A stretch of DNA of 32,025 nucleotides. It comes from Deltaproteobacteria bacterium. GTDB lineage: Bacteria; Myxococcota_A; Polyangia; Polyangiales; Ga0077539. Under the pieces are notes generated by a model. The model was not told the origin of the DNA and made no database searches. It saw nothing but the letters and a program-made list of their open reading frames with translations. This document shows positions 16,043 to 23,824 of this stretch, one piece after another. The translations under genes and the position numbers were made by a program. Within the stretch, counting starts at the first letter, position 1. Every line of letters starts with the position of its first letter. The stretch spans positions 1-32,025 of the forward strand of contig JACRDB010000135.1 in NCBI GenBank assembly GCA_016218725.1, in the 5' to 3' direction.

Positions 16043-17425
16043 TCAGTCCCGGAGCTGCTTGCGGATCTTGCAGAGGGCCTGCTCCTGGAGCTGGCGGATG
16101 CGCTCCCGGGAGAGGTTGTACTTGTCGCCGATCTCCTTGAGGGTGAGCTCCTCCTCGTCGTCGAGGCCGAAGCGCCACCGGAGGATGCGGGCCTCCATGG
16201 GCGACAGGGTGTCGAGCAGGCGGCGCACCTCCTGGGACCAGGAGGTGTTGACCACGTGCTCGAAGGGCGAGGCGAGGTTCTCGTCCTGGAGGAAGTCAAT
16301 GAACTTCCGGCCGTCCTCGTCGTTGACGGGGCGGTCCAGGGAGAACGGGGTCTCGGCCCAGTCCTTCTGGATGCGCTCGAGCTTCTCCGCGGCGATGCCG
16401 GTCTCGTTGGCCAGCTCCTCCACGGAGGGCTCCCGGCCCTCGCGGGCGGTGATGAGCTGCGTGGCGCGCTGGACGCGGTTGTACGTGTCCAGCATGTGCA
16501 CGGGGATGCGCACCGCCCGGCCCTTGTCGGCCAGGGCCCGGGAGATGGCATGGCGGATCCACCAGCTCGCGTAGGTGCTGAACCGGTAGCCCCGGGTGTG
16601 GTCAAAGCGCTCCACGGCCTTGATCAGGCCGATGTTGCCCTCCTGGATGAGGTCAATCAGCGGCATGCGCCCGCGGTTGTAGCGCCGCGCGATGGACACC
16701 ACGAGCCGGAGGTTCGCCGCCACGAAGCGGTTCTTCACCCGGAAGACGGCCTCGCGCCCGGCGCAGACGCCCTCCAGGTAGCGCTTGAAGCCCGCGGACA
16801 GCACCATGCCCGGCTCGTCGGTCTCGTCCTCCAGGTCGTCCGGGCCCCGGGCGATGCGCCCGAGGTCCTCCTCCACGGCCTCGATGAAGAGCCGGTCGGC
16901 GTCCAGCTCCCGGAGCTTGCGCGAGAGGCTGGTGACCTCCGCGTCCCAGCGGACCTGGGCGCGCTTGTCCATGCGGCTGCGGGCCTTGCGGAAGTCCCGC
17001 ACGAGCCTCCGGAGCCGCTCGAGCTCCGGGAGCTCCACGGGCTCCGCCAGGTCCGTCAGGCACTGCTCCACCACCCGCAGGACGTGCTCCGCGGCGGGTG
17101 GGTACGACAGCGCCGCGGACCAACGGTCCAGCTCCGCCTGCTCGAAGTCCTTGGCCGCGCTGACCTCCTCCGCGGGCTCCATCACGGGGTGCACCGCCAT
17201 GTCCCGGAAGTACCGGGCAAGGGTGCCCTCCGCGAGGTCGTCCTCGGCGGGAGTCACGAGGCCCTCGGCGGCGATCTCCGTGAGCTCCGACTCCTGCGGT
17301 TCGGCGTCCCCGAAAGTCGTCGTAGTGGTCGGCGTGGCCGAAAGGGTCGCCGCTGCGGCAGGCCGCAGGGTCTCCCTCTCGTCGGTCAGCACCTTGGCGT
17401 CGTTGCGCTTCACCATGGGACTCAT
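16043..17425 (-). CDS. RpoD-family sigma-70 factor (group 1/2-like), about 460 aa from ATG 17425
   Basis: Region 2: [55 protein letters not shown]. Region 1.2: [24 protein letters not shown]. Region 4.2: [32 protein letters not shown]. The track ORF starts at GTG 17677, but that 84-aa extension is low-complexity and basic. ATG 17423..17425 ([11 protein letters not shown]) is preceded by GGGGGAGG; an alternative ATG is at 17416. Confidence 0.85.
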   Translation of the reverse strand: MSPMVKRNDAKVLTDERETLRPAAAATLSATPTTTTTFGDAEPQESELTEIAAEGLVTPAEDDLAEGTLARYFRDMAVHPVMEPAEEVSAAKDFEQAELDRWSAALSYPPAAEHVLRVVEQCLTDLAEPVELPELERLRRLVRDFRKARSRMDKRAQVRWDAEVTSLSRKLRELDADRLFIEAVEEDLGRIARGPDDLEDETDEPGMVLSAGFKRYLEGVCAGREAVFRVKNRFVAANLRLVVSIARRYNRGRMPLIDLIQEGNIGLIKAVERFDHTRGYRFSTYASWWIRHAISRALADKGRAVRIPVHMLDTYNRVQRATQLITAREGREPSVEELANETGIAAEKLERIQKDWAETPFSLDRPVNDEDGRKFIDFLQDENLASPFEHVVNTSWSQEVRRLLDTLSPMEARILRWRFGLDDEEELTLKEIGDKYNLSRERIRQLQEQALCKIRKQLRD

Positions 17426-17527
17426 GCCTCCCCCGCTCTCGGACTCGGACGGCGGGTTGCACGGGAGGGGGGCCGTGCTCCGCCCAGGCTCCGGGGGCGT
17501 GACACCCGGGGCCCTGTTCTTGTTGAA

Positions 17528-17543
17528 AGCGATCCTCGTGCCA
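17528..17543 (-). promoter_or_regulatory. Candidate sigma-54-type -24/-12 motif in the long leader/promoter region of the sigma-factor gene
   Basis: The minus strand reads TGGCACgaggaTCGCT (GG-N10-GC spacing correct, TCGC versus consensus TTGC), about 100 nt upstream of ATG 17425. An AT-rich patch at 17680-17770 sits in the same 390-bp divergent intergenic region. Confidence 0.25.
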
Positions 17544-17817
17544 CGCTCACTGTGTAGCCGGTTCGCTCCTCCCGGGCGGGACGCCCGCGGTGCGCCGCGC
17601 CCCTCCGGGGGGGCGGCGGCCTTCGCAACCCGGCGAACGCGTACGCGCCGCGTCGGGTTCTGGTTCCCTGTTGTCACGAAAAAATCCTCTCACCTTCGCC
17701 TTCGTGCTTTGGATGCACGGGGCGCGCCCGACGCTCAGGGCTACTTGCATGGAGTAAGAAACTCGCTACAACCTTTGGTTCTTCCCCGGGGGCTGTAAAC
17801 CCCCAATCCGCACAGCC

Positions 17818-19521
17818 GTGTCATTCCCTGCCCCTTTCGCGCCAGCCGGGAGCCCCTCCGCCCCCGGGAGGGGCCCTGCCCTGCCCGGCCCGGGGAGCCT
17901 CCTGGCCGAGGCTCTGCCCCACCGGGCATGGGTTCTTCTAGGGACCCTGGGTGCCCTGGGGGCTTCCATCTCGACGGCGACACAGGGCTTCCTCCTGGGA
18001 CCGGTGGTGCGGCTGCTGGTGGGATCTTCAGACGCCTGGGAGGCGCCAAGGTTCTCCCCGACCTCCGCCATGACATTGCGGTCATGGGCGTGGACACGGG
18101 GTGCGGTCCTGGGCACCCTGGTCGCCGTCGCGCTCCTCCGTGCGCTCTCCACCGCCGCCGAGGCCTTCGCCTGGAGCGCCCTCTCGACGGCCATCGTGGA
18201 GCGCCGGAGGCTCCGGGCGGCCTCCCTGGTGCTCGCCCTCCCGCTGCCTGCCCTGGAGTCCCTGGGCCCCGGCGGGGCCGTCGCCCGGATCCTCGACGCC
18301 CCCGCCGTCGTGGCCCAGGGCTGTGTGTCCGTGTGCACCGCCCTCCTGCGCGATGGGGTCTCCGTGGTGGTGCTCTCCGCCGCTGCGCTCTTCTTGCGCC
18401 CGGCCCTCTTCGGCGTGGTGCTCCTGGTGTGGGCGCTGGTTCTCTCCCTCCTGCGGACTGGAGCCCGCAGGCAGGACCAGGGCGCTTCGCGCGCCCGGCG
18501 CCTCTGGGACCGGGTGGCCTCCTGGGCGGCGGCCCTGCCCTCGGTGGCGCCGGTGGTCACGGCCCATGGCGCTCGGGAGGCCGTGCTCTCGGGGCTGGCC
18601 GGTACGGTGCGGGCCCTCGGCGCCGAGGAGCGCAGGAGGCATTGGCTCTCGGCGTTGTCGTCCCCGGCCGCGGAGCTCCTCGGGGCGCTCTCCGTGGTGG
18701 CGGTGCTGGGCGCCCTGGGTCCCCCGGAGCCCCGGACCCTGGACGCCACCCTGGGCTTCTTCTATGTGGTGTTCCTCGCCTGGAGATCCCTGCGAAGCCT
18801 TGGCGGGGTGCAACTCCAGGCCGCCAACGGCGCCAGCGCCCTGGTGGACCTCGCAGCCCTGGAAGCCTTGGCTTGCAACCCTGCCGCGGTGCGCGTCGAG
18901 GATGCCGTTGTCATTCAGGGGCTCTCGGTCCTCCGAGGGCAGCGGCGCCCCGTGGAGGGCCTCTCCCTACGCCTGGAGCCCGGCGGACTGGTGGTCCTTG
19001 CGGGGCCCTCGGGCGTTGGGAAGACCAGCGCCCTCGACGCCGTGGTGGGTCTCCGCCCCGCCGAGGGAGGCCTCCGGGAGCCTCCCCTGGGCTCCGTTCT
19101 TGGCTGCGGTCTGGCGACGCAGCCCCCGCCCCTCCTCCCGGCCTCCCTCGCGCTGAACCTCCTCCTGGGTCGCCCCCCAACCTCGCGCATGAACGAAGTC
19201 CTGGCAGCCTTGGAGCTCCAGCCCTGGGTCCTGGGCCTCCCAGAGGGCCTTCAGACGGAGGTAGGTCCAGGTGGGATACTGCCCTCCACCGGGCAGGTCC
19301 AGCGCCTCGGGGTCGCGCGGGCGGTGCTGCACCCGGGGCCCCTGGTGGTGCTGGACGAGCCCACGGCGGGCCTGGACCGCCCGCTGGCCGAGCGCGTGGT
19401 GGACCTGTTGGTGGGGGAGGCACGTCGGGGGCGCATGGTCCTGGTGGCCTCCCACGACCCGGCGCTCCTTGGCCGCGCCGACCGGGTGATCACCCTCGGG
19501 GCCGCGCAAACCGAGCGTTGA
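17818..19521 (+). CDS. ABC exporter, fused transmembrane domain + ATP-binding domain (type I exporter architecture)
   Basis: GTG 17818 start (no in-frame ATG before TM1). A TMD of about 6 hydrophobic helices. Walker A LAGPSGVGKTSAL, signature-like STGQVQRLGVARA (SGGQ becomes STGQ), Walker B LVVLDEPTAGLD, H-loop VLVASHD. Confidence 0.8.
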   Translation: MSFPAPFAPAGSPSAPGRGPALPGPGSLLAEALPHRAWVLLGTLGALGASISTATQGFLLGPVVRLLVGSSDAWEAPRFSPTSAMTLRSWAWTRGAVLGTLVAVALLRALSTAAEAFAWSALSTAIVERRRLRAASLVLALPLPALESLGPGGAVARILDAPAVVAQGCVSVCTALLRDGVSVVVLSAAALFLRPALFGVVLLVWALVLSLLRTGARRQDQGASRARRLWDRVASWAAALPSVAPVVTAHGAREAVLSGLAGTVRALGAEERRRHWLSALSSPAAELLGALSVVAVLGALGPPEPRTLDATLGFFYVVFLAWRSLRSLGGVQLQAANGASALVDLAALEALACNPAAVRVEDAVVIQGLSVLRGQRRPVEGLSLRLEPGGLVVLAGPSGVGKTSALDAVVGLRPAEGGLREPPLGSVLGCGLATQPPPLLPASLALNLLLGRPPTSRMNEVLAALELQPWVLGLPEGLQTEVGPGGILPSTGQVQRLGVARAVLHPGPLVVLDEPTAGLDRPLAERVVDLLVGEARRGRMVLVASHDPALLGRADRVITLGAAQTER

Positions 19522-19963
19522 GCAGGTCGTCGCCGTCGGCTTCCTGACGGCGCTCGGCGACCCGCTGACGCTCCTGGGCCAGCGCCTCCAAGCGCTTTTC
19601 GAGGGCCTTGCGGCGCCCCGAGGCCAGGGCGAGCTTCCCCCGGGCCTCGCCCGCGAGGGCCTCGGCGCTGGAGAGCGCCTCGGTGGCCCTGGAGACGCTC
19701 TGGCGCGCGAGCGTCACCGCGTCTGCGAGCCGCCGGCGCCAGGCGTCGCCCTCTCGGAGGAGCGCCAGCGTGCCGTCCACCGGGGTGGCCTCGCGGGCCT
19801 CGCGGAGCGCGGCGGCGGCGGCGTCTCGCCTCGCCTCGGCGTCGCGCACGGCGCGCGCAGCGGCGTCGCGCTCGGAGAGGCGCAGGGCCAGGGCGTCCTC
19901 GGCGTCGCGCTCGGCCTGGCGCCGGAGCGTAAGCAGAGCCTCCAGCGAGCGCTCGGCGGTCAC
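19490..19963 (-). CDS. Small Ala/Arg/Glu-rich coiled-coil protein (FliJ/YscO-like architecture), function unknown
   Basis: GTG start at 19961..19963 overlaps the TGA of the upstream lipoprotein gene (GTGA), suggesting translational coupling. 157 aa, heptad-like; no signal peptide. Composition alone is weak evidence in a high-GC genome. Confidence 0.45.
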   Translation of the reverse strand: MTAERSLEALLTLRRQAERDAEDALALRLSERDAAARAVRDAEARRDAAAAALREAREATPVDGTLALLREGDAWRRRLADAVTLARQSVSRATEALSSAEALAGEARGKLALASGRRKALEKRLEALAQERQRVAERRQEADGDDLLNARFARPRG

Positions 19964-21579
19964 GGCTCCACTGGGGTCTGGAGGGTCACCTCGGCGACGG
20001 CCGCCACGGGCGGGTCTGGAGAGTCCCGGAAGGCGCCCACGGCGGGGCCCGCGAGGCGATCGATCAGGAGCTCTCCGGGCGGCGCGTGGGCGGGCGCGGA
20101 GAAGCGCAGGTCCACGGCGGCGCGTCGGGGTTCGCTGGCGGCCACGGCGGCCTCGAAGGCGCGCCCCAGGCGCTGGACGCTGACCCTGCAAGCTGCCTGG
20201 AGGCAGGCTTCATCACAGGCGCCGGCGGCGGGGCGCAGGATCGGCGCTACCAGCGGGCACACGGCGAGGGCGACGTACTCCGAGGCCTGGGTCACCCGGA
20301 GCCTTGCGAGGGTGGCCGCCAGGGCGCTGAGGCTCAGGGCCGTGAAGGGCGCCGGGGCGGCCGCAAGGCGCACGTCCACGCCGTCGCCCGCGGCGCGGGT
20401 GAAGGACACGACGCCGGTGCCCTCGGCGACGGTGAGCACGTCGTCGCCGCGCACCTCCGGGGTGCCGGGGTCCAGGGTGTACGTGAGCGCGTGGAGGGGC
20501 GCCTCGACGTCTCCGTCGCGGGTGGTGACCTCCAGCGTGCCGTGGGCTCGGACGCTCCCGAGGGACGCCGCGGTGGCCTCCGCCAGGCGCCCGAAGAGCG
20601 TCCCGAGGAGCCGATCGCTGCGCACGAGGGCCATGGACACCTCCATGGCCAGGCGCTCTCGCACGGCGCGCTCGAAGGCCACCTGCGCGGCGGGGCCGAG
20701 CCCCGGAGGGGCGGCGGCGCCTACGGCCGGGGCCAGCTCCACGCCCAGGAAGAGCCCCTCGCCCCCGGCGGAGGCCAGCTCGGCCTCCACGGGCGCGCGC
20801 CACCGGGCCGCCGCCCGCGCGGCCACGGCCCCGAGGTCGAACGCCAGCGACAGGTCATACACCGCCCCCAGGCGCAGCGGGTTGTCATTGAAGAGCAGCG
20901 TGGCCTCGGCGGAGCGGTCGCTCTCCACCCGCCAGGTCCCCGCGCACCCGGAGGCCAGCACCAGGGCGCGGTTGCCCTCGACCACGGCGCGCACCACGTG
21001 TTCCACGCCCGCGGGCAGGCCCCGGAACTCCACCCTGCCGCCCGCGGGCGGCAGCCTCGCGGAGCGATCGGGCTCCAGGCCCACCAGGGCGTCGCAGCCC
21101 GGGGCGCGGTACAGGTTCACCACGAGCCCGGTGGGTTGCCTCGCCCCGCGGTAGGCCGCCACCACGTCCAGGCCACCGAAGCCCCGGTCGGAGACGTCCA
21201 CGGTCACCTGGGCCTCGGCGCCGCATGCGCGGCTGGCGCGCACCCGGAAGCTCCCCGGGCCGCTCGGCGCCACCAGGTGCACCGTGGCCACCCCCGCGCC
21301 GTCGCTCTCCCCGCGCATGCCCGACAGCGACGCGTCGCGCGCGTCCCCGAGGAGCCCGAAGCGCACCTCAGCGCCGGACTCCGGCGGGGCGAGCACCACC
21401 CGGAGCGTCACCTCCTCGCTGCTGCGGACGCGAACCGCACCGCCGGGGTCAAAGCGCACGCCACACCGCGGCGGCGAGGTGTCCGGCGGGGCCGCGTCCG
21501 GCGCATCCCTTGGTGCCTGGTTCGCGCACCGCGACAGCGCCAGCGCGAACGCGGCGACGACCACAGCCCTCTTAAGCAC
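19960..21579 (-). CDS. Putative lipoprotein of unknown function (about 539 aa)
   Basis: The real part of track ORF 19960..22260 begins at GTG 21577..21579: VLKRAVVVAAFALALSRCANQ (signal peptide, Cys lipidation candidate), with GGGAGG just upstream. Balanced amino-acid composition, whereas the antisense frames are S/T/R/A junk. The N-terminal 227 codons of the track ORF are antisense to the LolE-like gene and its upstream region. Confidence 0.55.
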   Translation of the reverse strand: MLKRAVVVAAFALALSRCANQAPRDAPDAAPPDTSPPRCGVRFDPGGAVRVRSSEEVTLRVVLAPPESGAEVRFGLLGDARDASLSGMRGESDGAGVATVHLVAPSGPGSFRVRASRACGAEAQVTVDVSDRGFGGLDVVAAYRGARQPTGLVVNLYRAPGCDALVGLEPDRSARLPPAGGRVEFRGLPAGVEHVVRAVVEGNRALVLASGCAGTWRVESDRSAEATLLFNDNPLRLGAVYDLSLAFDLGAVAARAAARWRAPVEAELASAGGEGLFLGVELAPAVGAAAPPGLGPAAQVAFERAVRERLAMEVSMALVRSDRLLGTLFGRLAEATAASLGSVRAHGTLEVTTRDGDVEAPLHALTYTLDPGTPEVRGDDVLTVAEGTGVVSFTRAAGDGVDVRLAAAPAPFTALSLSALAATLARLRVTQASEYVALAVCPLVAPILRPAAGACDEACLQAACRVSVQRLGRAFEAAVAASEPRRAAVDLRFSAPAHAPPGELLIDRLAGPAVGAFRDSPDPPVAAVAEVTLQTPVEP

Positions 21580-21657
21580 CCTCCCAGTGTAATCCTCGCC
21601 GCGGGCGATGCACACCCATAGCCGCCCGGCGCCGGCCGCGCTACACCTCCGGGACAC

Positions 21658-23235
21658 GTGGACTTCGCCCTCCTGGTCGCCGCGCGGTACCTCAAGGCCC
21701 GTCGCAAGGCCTTTGTCTCCATCATCGGCACCATCGCCATCGTGGGCATCGCCCTCGGGGTGTGGGCCCTCTCGGCGGTGCTGGCCATCACCTCGGGCTT
21801 CCAGGACGCCTTCCGGGACAAGGTCCTGGGCGTCAACGCCCACGTCCTGGTGCTCAAGTACGGCTGGGACTTCACCGAGTACCGCGAGGTCATGGCCACG
21901 GTCCGCGCCACGCCGGGCGTCGTGGGCGCCGCGCCGTTTCTCATCAACCCCATGATGATCACCCGCGGGGACCGCATCGCTGGCGTGCTGGTCAAGGGCG
22001 CCGACCCGGAGCTCCTCGGTCAGGTGCTGGACCTGCCCACGTACCTCGTCGCCGGGAGCCTCCAGGGCCTCCGGGCACCGCACAGCGCCCCCCCGGACGC
22101 CCCTCACGAAGAGCGCTCCACCCGCGGAGACCACACCCTCGACGATTACATCGCCCGCGCCACCCGTGAGGTGCGCAACGGCCGCGCCGTGGATCACCCG
22201 CCGCCCGCCCTGCCCGCGCTCCCGACAACGCCCTCCCCACAGACACCTACGGCGACCCACCCGACCCCACAGACAGCTACACCCGAGGCTCCTCGGGATC
22301 TTCTCCCCTCCGGGGCGACGCCCACCTATGTGCCGCCCCCCGATGACCCCTCCGGGAGCGACCCGTTGGACGCGCTCGGGCGTGAGGTGGCCCAGGAGGC
22401 CAGCCAGCGCGGCCGGGACCCGACGGCGATCCTGCCCGGCGTGATCGTGGGAAAGACCCTGGCCAGGAACCTACGGCTGCGGGTGGGGGACGAGGTGCGG
22501 ATCATTTCTCCCCTCACGGGCGCCGACGCGGCGCTGGTTCGGCAGGGCGCCTCGCCCCGCGCGAGGGATTTCCGGGTGACGGGGATCTTCGACGCGGGCT
22601 TCGATGAGTACGACTCGCGGCTGGTGTACGTGGACCTGTGGCAGGCCCAGCGCTTCTTCGACCAGGGGGACGCGGTGACCGGCGTCGAGGTCAAGGTGCG
22701 CAACATCGACCGGGCGCGGGCCATCGGCCACCGGATCGAGCACGCCCTGGGCGGCGGGGCCTACCACACGCTGGACTGGGAGAGCCTGAACCACAACCTG
22801 TTCACGGCCCTGGCCCTCCAGAAGCTGGCGCTGAGCTTCGTGATCACCATCATCATCATCATCGCGGCGTTCAACGTGATCGCCACGCTGGTGATGGTGG
22901 TGCTCGACAAGAAGCGCGAGATCGCCATCTTGAAGGCCATGGGCGCGCCGGAGTCGTCCATCCTGCGCATCTTCCTCGTGCAGGGCCTGGCCGTGGGCGC
23001 CCTGGGCACGGGCCTGGGGCTTTCCCTCGGGGCCCTCACCTGCGGGCTCCTCATGCGGTACCACTTCCCCCTGGACTCGCAGGTGTACCTCATACGCTTC
23101 GTGCCCGTGCGCCCCAGCGTGGCGGAGTTCGCCCTGACGGCCCTGGTGTCCATGGTGATCGCCCTGGTGGCGTCGCTGGTCCCTGCCATATGGGCCTCCA
23201 GGCTCACCCCCGTGGAGGGCCTGAGATACGAGTAG
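21658..23235 (+). CDS. LolC/LolE-family (FtsX-like) ABC permease with a large low-complexity insertion in the periplasmic domain; no adjacent ATPase
   Basis: GTG 21658: MDFALLVAARYLKARRKAFVSIIGTIAIVGIALGV (TM1), followed by a periplasmic domain and a C-terminal FtsX-like 3-TM bundle (ALQKLALSFVITIIIIIAAFNVIATLVMVVLDKKREIAILKAMGA...). A roughly 125-aa Pro/Thr-rich insertion lies at about nt 22075-22450 (PPPALPALPTTPSPQTPTATHPTPQTATPEAP...). Confidence 0.8.
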   Translation: MDFALLVAARYLKARRKAFVSIIGTIAIVGIALGVWALSAVLAITSGFQDAFRDKVLGVNAHVLVLKYGWDFTEYREVMATVRATPGVVGAAPFLINPMMITRGDRIAGVLVKGADPELLGQVLDLPTYLVAGSLQGLRAPHSAPPDAPHEERSTRGDHTLDDYIARATREVRNGRAVDHPPPALPALPTTPSPQTPTATHPTPQTATPEAPRDLLPSGATPTYVPPPDDPSGSDPLDALGREVAQEASQRGRDPTAILPGVIVGKTLARNLRLRVGDEVRIISPLTGADAALVRQGASPRARDFRVTGIFDAGFDEYDSRLVYVDLWQAQRFFDQGDAVTGVEVKVRNIDRARAIGHRIEHALGGGAYHTLDWESLNHNLFTALALQKLALSFVITIIIIIAAFNVIATLVMVVLDKKREIAILKAMGAPESSILRIFLVQGLAVGALGTGLGLSLGALTCGLLMRYHFPLDSQVYLIRFVPVRPSVAEFALTALVSMVIALVASLVPAIWASRLTPVEGLRYE

Positions 23236-23241
23236 GCGCCC

Positions 23242-23270
23242 TTGACGGGACGTCCGTGGGGTGGTATAAG
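23242..23270 (+). promoter_or_regulatory. Sigma-70-type promoter for tRNA-Gly (TTGACG-N17-TATAAG)
   Basis: -35 TTGACG at 23242-23247, 17-nt spacer, -10 TATAAG at 23265-23270. The tRNA 5' end is 15 nt downstream. Confidence 0.5.
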
Positions 23271-23284
23271 TCCCCCCTCACGCT

Positions 23285-23356
<72 letters not shown>

Positions 23357-23367
23357 CTGACTCTTCA

Positions 23368-23407
23368 AGGCCGGTTGGTTCCTCAGGGTCCACCGGCCTC
23401 TTTCATT
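23368..23407 (+). terminator. Stem-loop plus short T-rich tract downstream of tRNA-Gly (putative intrinsic terminator)
   Basis: AGGCCGGTTGG...CCACCGGCCT (about 7-9 bp GC-rich stem with one bulge) followed by CTTTCATT. Confidence 0.45.
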
Positions 23408-23420
23408 CCCCGGGCACCCG

Positions 23421-23765
23421 GTGGGTCCCTTGAGCCGCGCGCCGACCACCCCCAAGGAGAAGACGGAGACCGTCCGTAGCGCGCTCCTGCGGGAGCTTCG
23501 GGCGGGGCTCGTGGTCACCGCGGAGGAGCTCTCCGCGGCGGTGCATGCGCGCGAGAGGGACGTCTTGTCGGAGCTGGAGCACCTCGCGCGCACCCTGCGG
23601 GCCCAGGGGGAGCGCCTGGTGGTGACCCCCGCGGAGTGCATCGGGTGCGGCTTTGTCTTCCGGTCCCGGGAGCGGTACACCGCGCCGGGGCAGTGCCCGC
23701 AGTGTCGCGCCTCACGGATCAATCCCCCGGCGTTCTCCGTGGCGACGCCCGGCGCCCGAGGCTGA
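23421..23765 (+). CDS. Small HTH-like / C-terminal Cys4 zinc-ribbon protein (about 114 aa), function unknown
   Basis: GTG 23421 (alternative TTG 23430). VRSALLRELRAGLVVTAEELSAAV is helix-turn-helix-like. The C-terminus CIGCGFVF...(14)...CPQCRAS is a CxxC-N-CxxC ribbon. Confidence 0.55.
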   Translation: MGPLSRAPTTPKEKTETVRSALLRELRAGLVVTAEELSAAVHARERDVLSELEHLARTLRAQGERLVVTPAECIGCGFVFRSRERYTAPGQCPQCRASRINPPAFSVATPGARG

Positions 23766-23824
23766 CCGTTCGGACGTGCAAGGGCGCCGGGACGCGGTAC
23801 GGTACCGCCCCAGAGAGGTGTCCG

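Noticed and set aside
15919-16605. Upstream 229 codons of track ORF 15229..16605
   Set aside because: It overlaps the sigma-factor gene in another frame and is rich in Ser/Pro/Arg/Thr. Only the C-terminal 229 aa from ATG 15918 (the WYL regulator) are credible.
17426-17677. GTG-initiated 84-aa N-terminal extension of the sigma factor
   Set aside because: The extension is basic and low-complexity ([24 protein letters not shown]...). ATG 17425 has a GGGGGAGG upstream and begins a region-1.1-like acidic segment.
23448-23453. AAGGAG Shine-Dalgarno-like hexamer inside the small HTH/Zn-ribbon ORF
   Set aside because: No start codon follows at a suitable spacing. It simply encodes Lys-Glu in frame.
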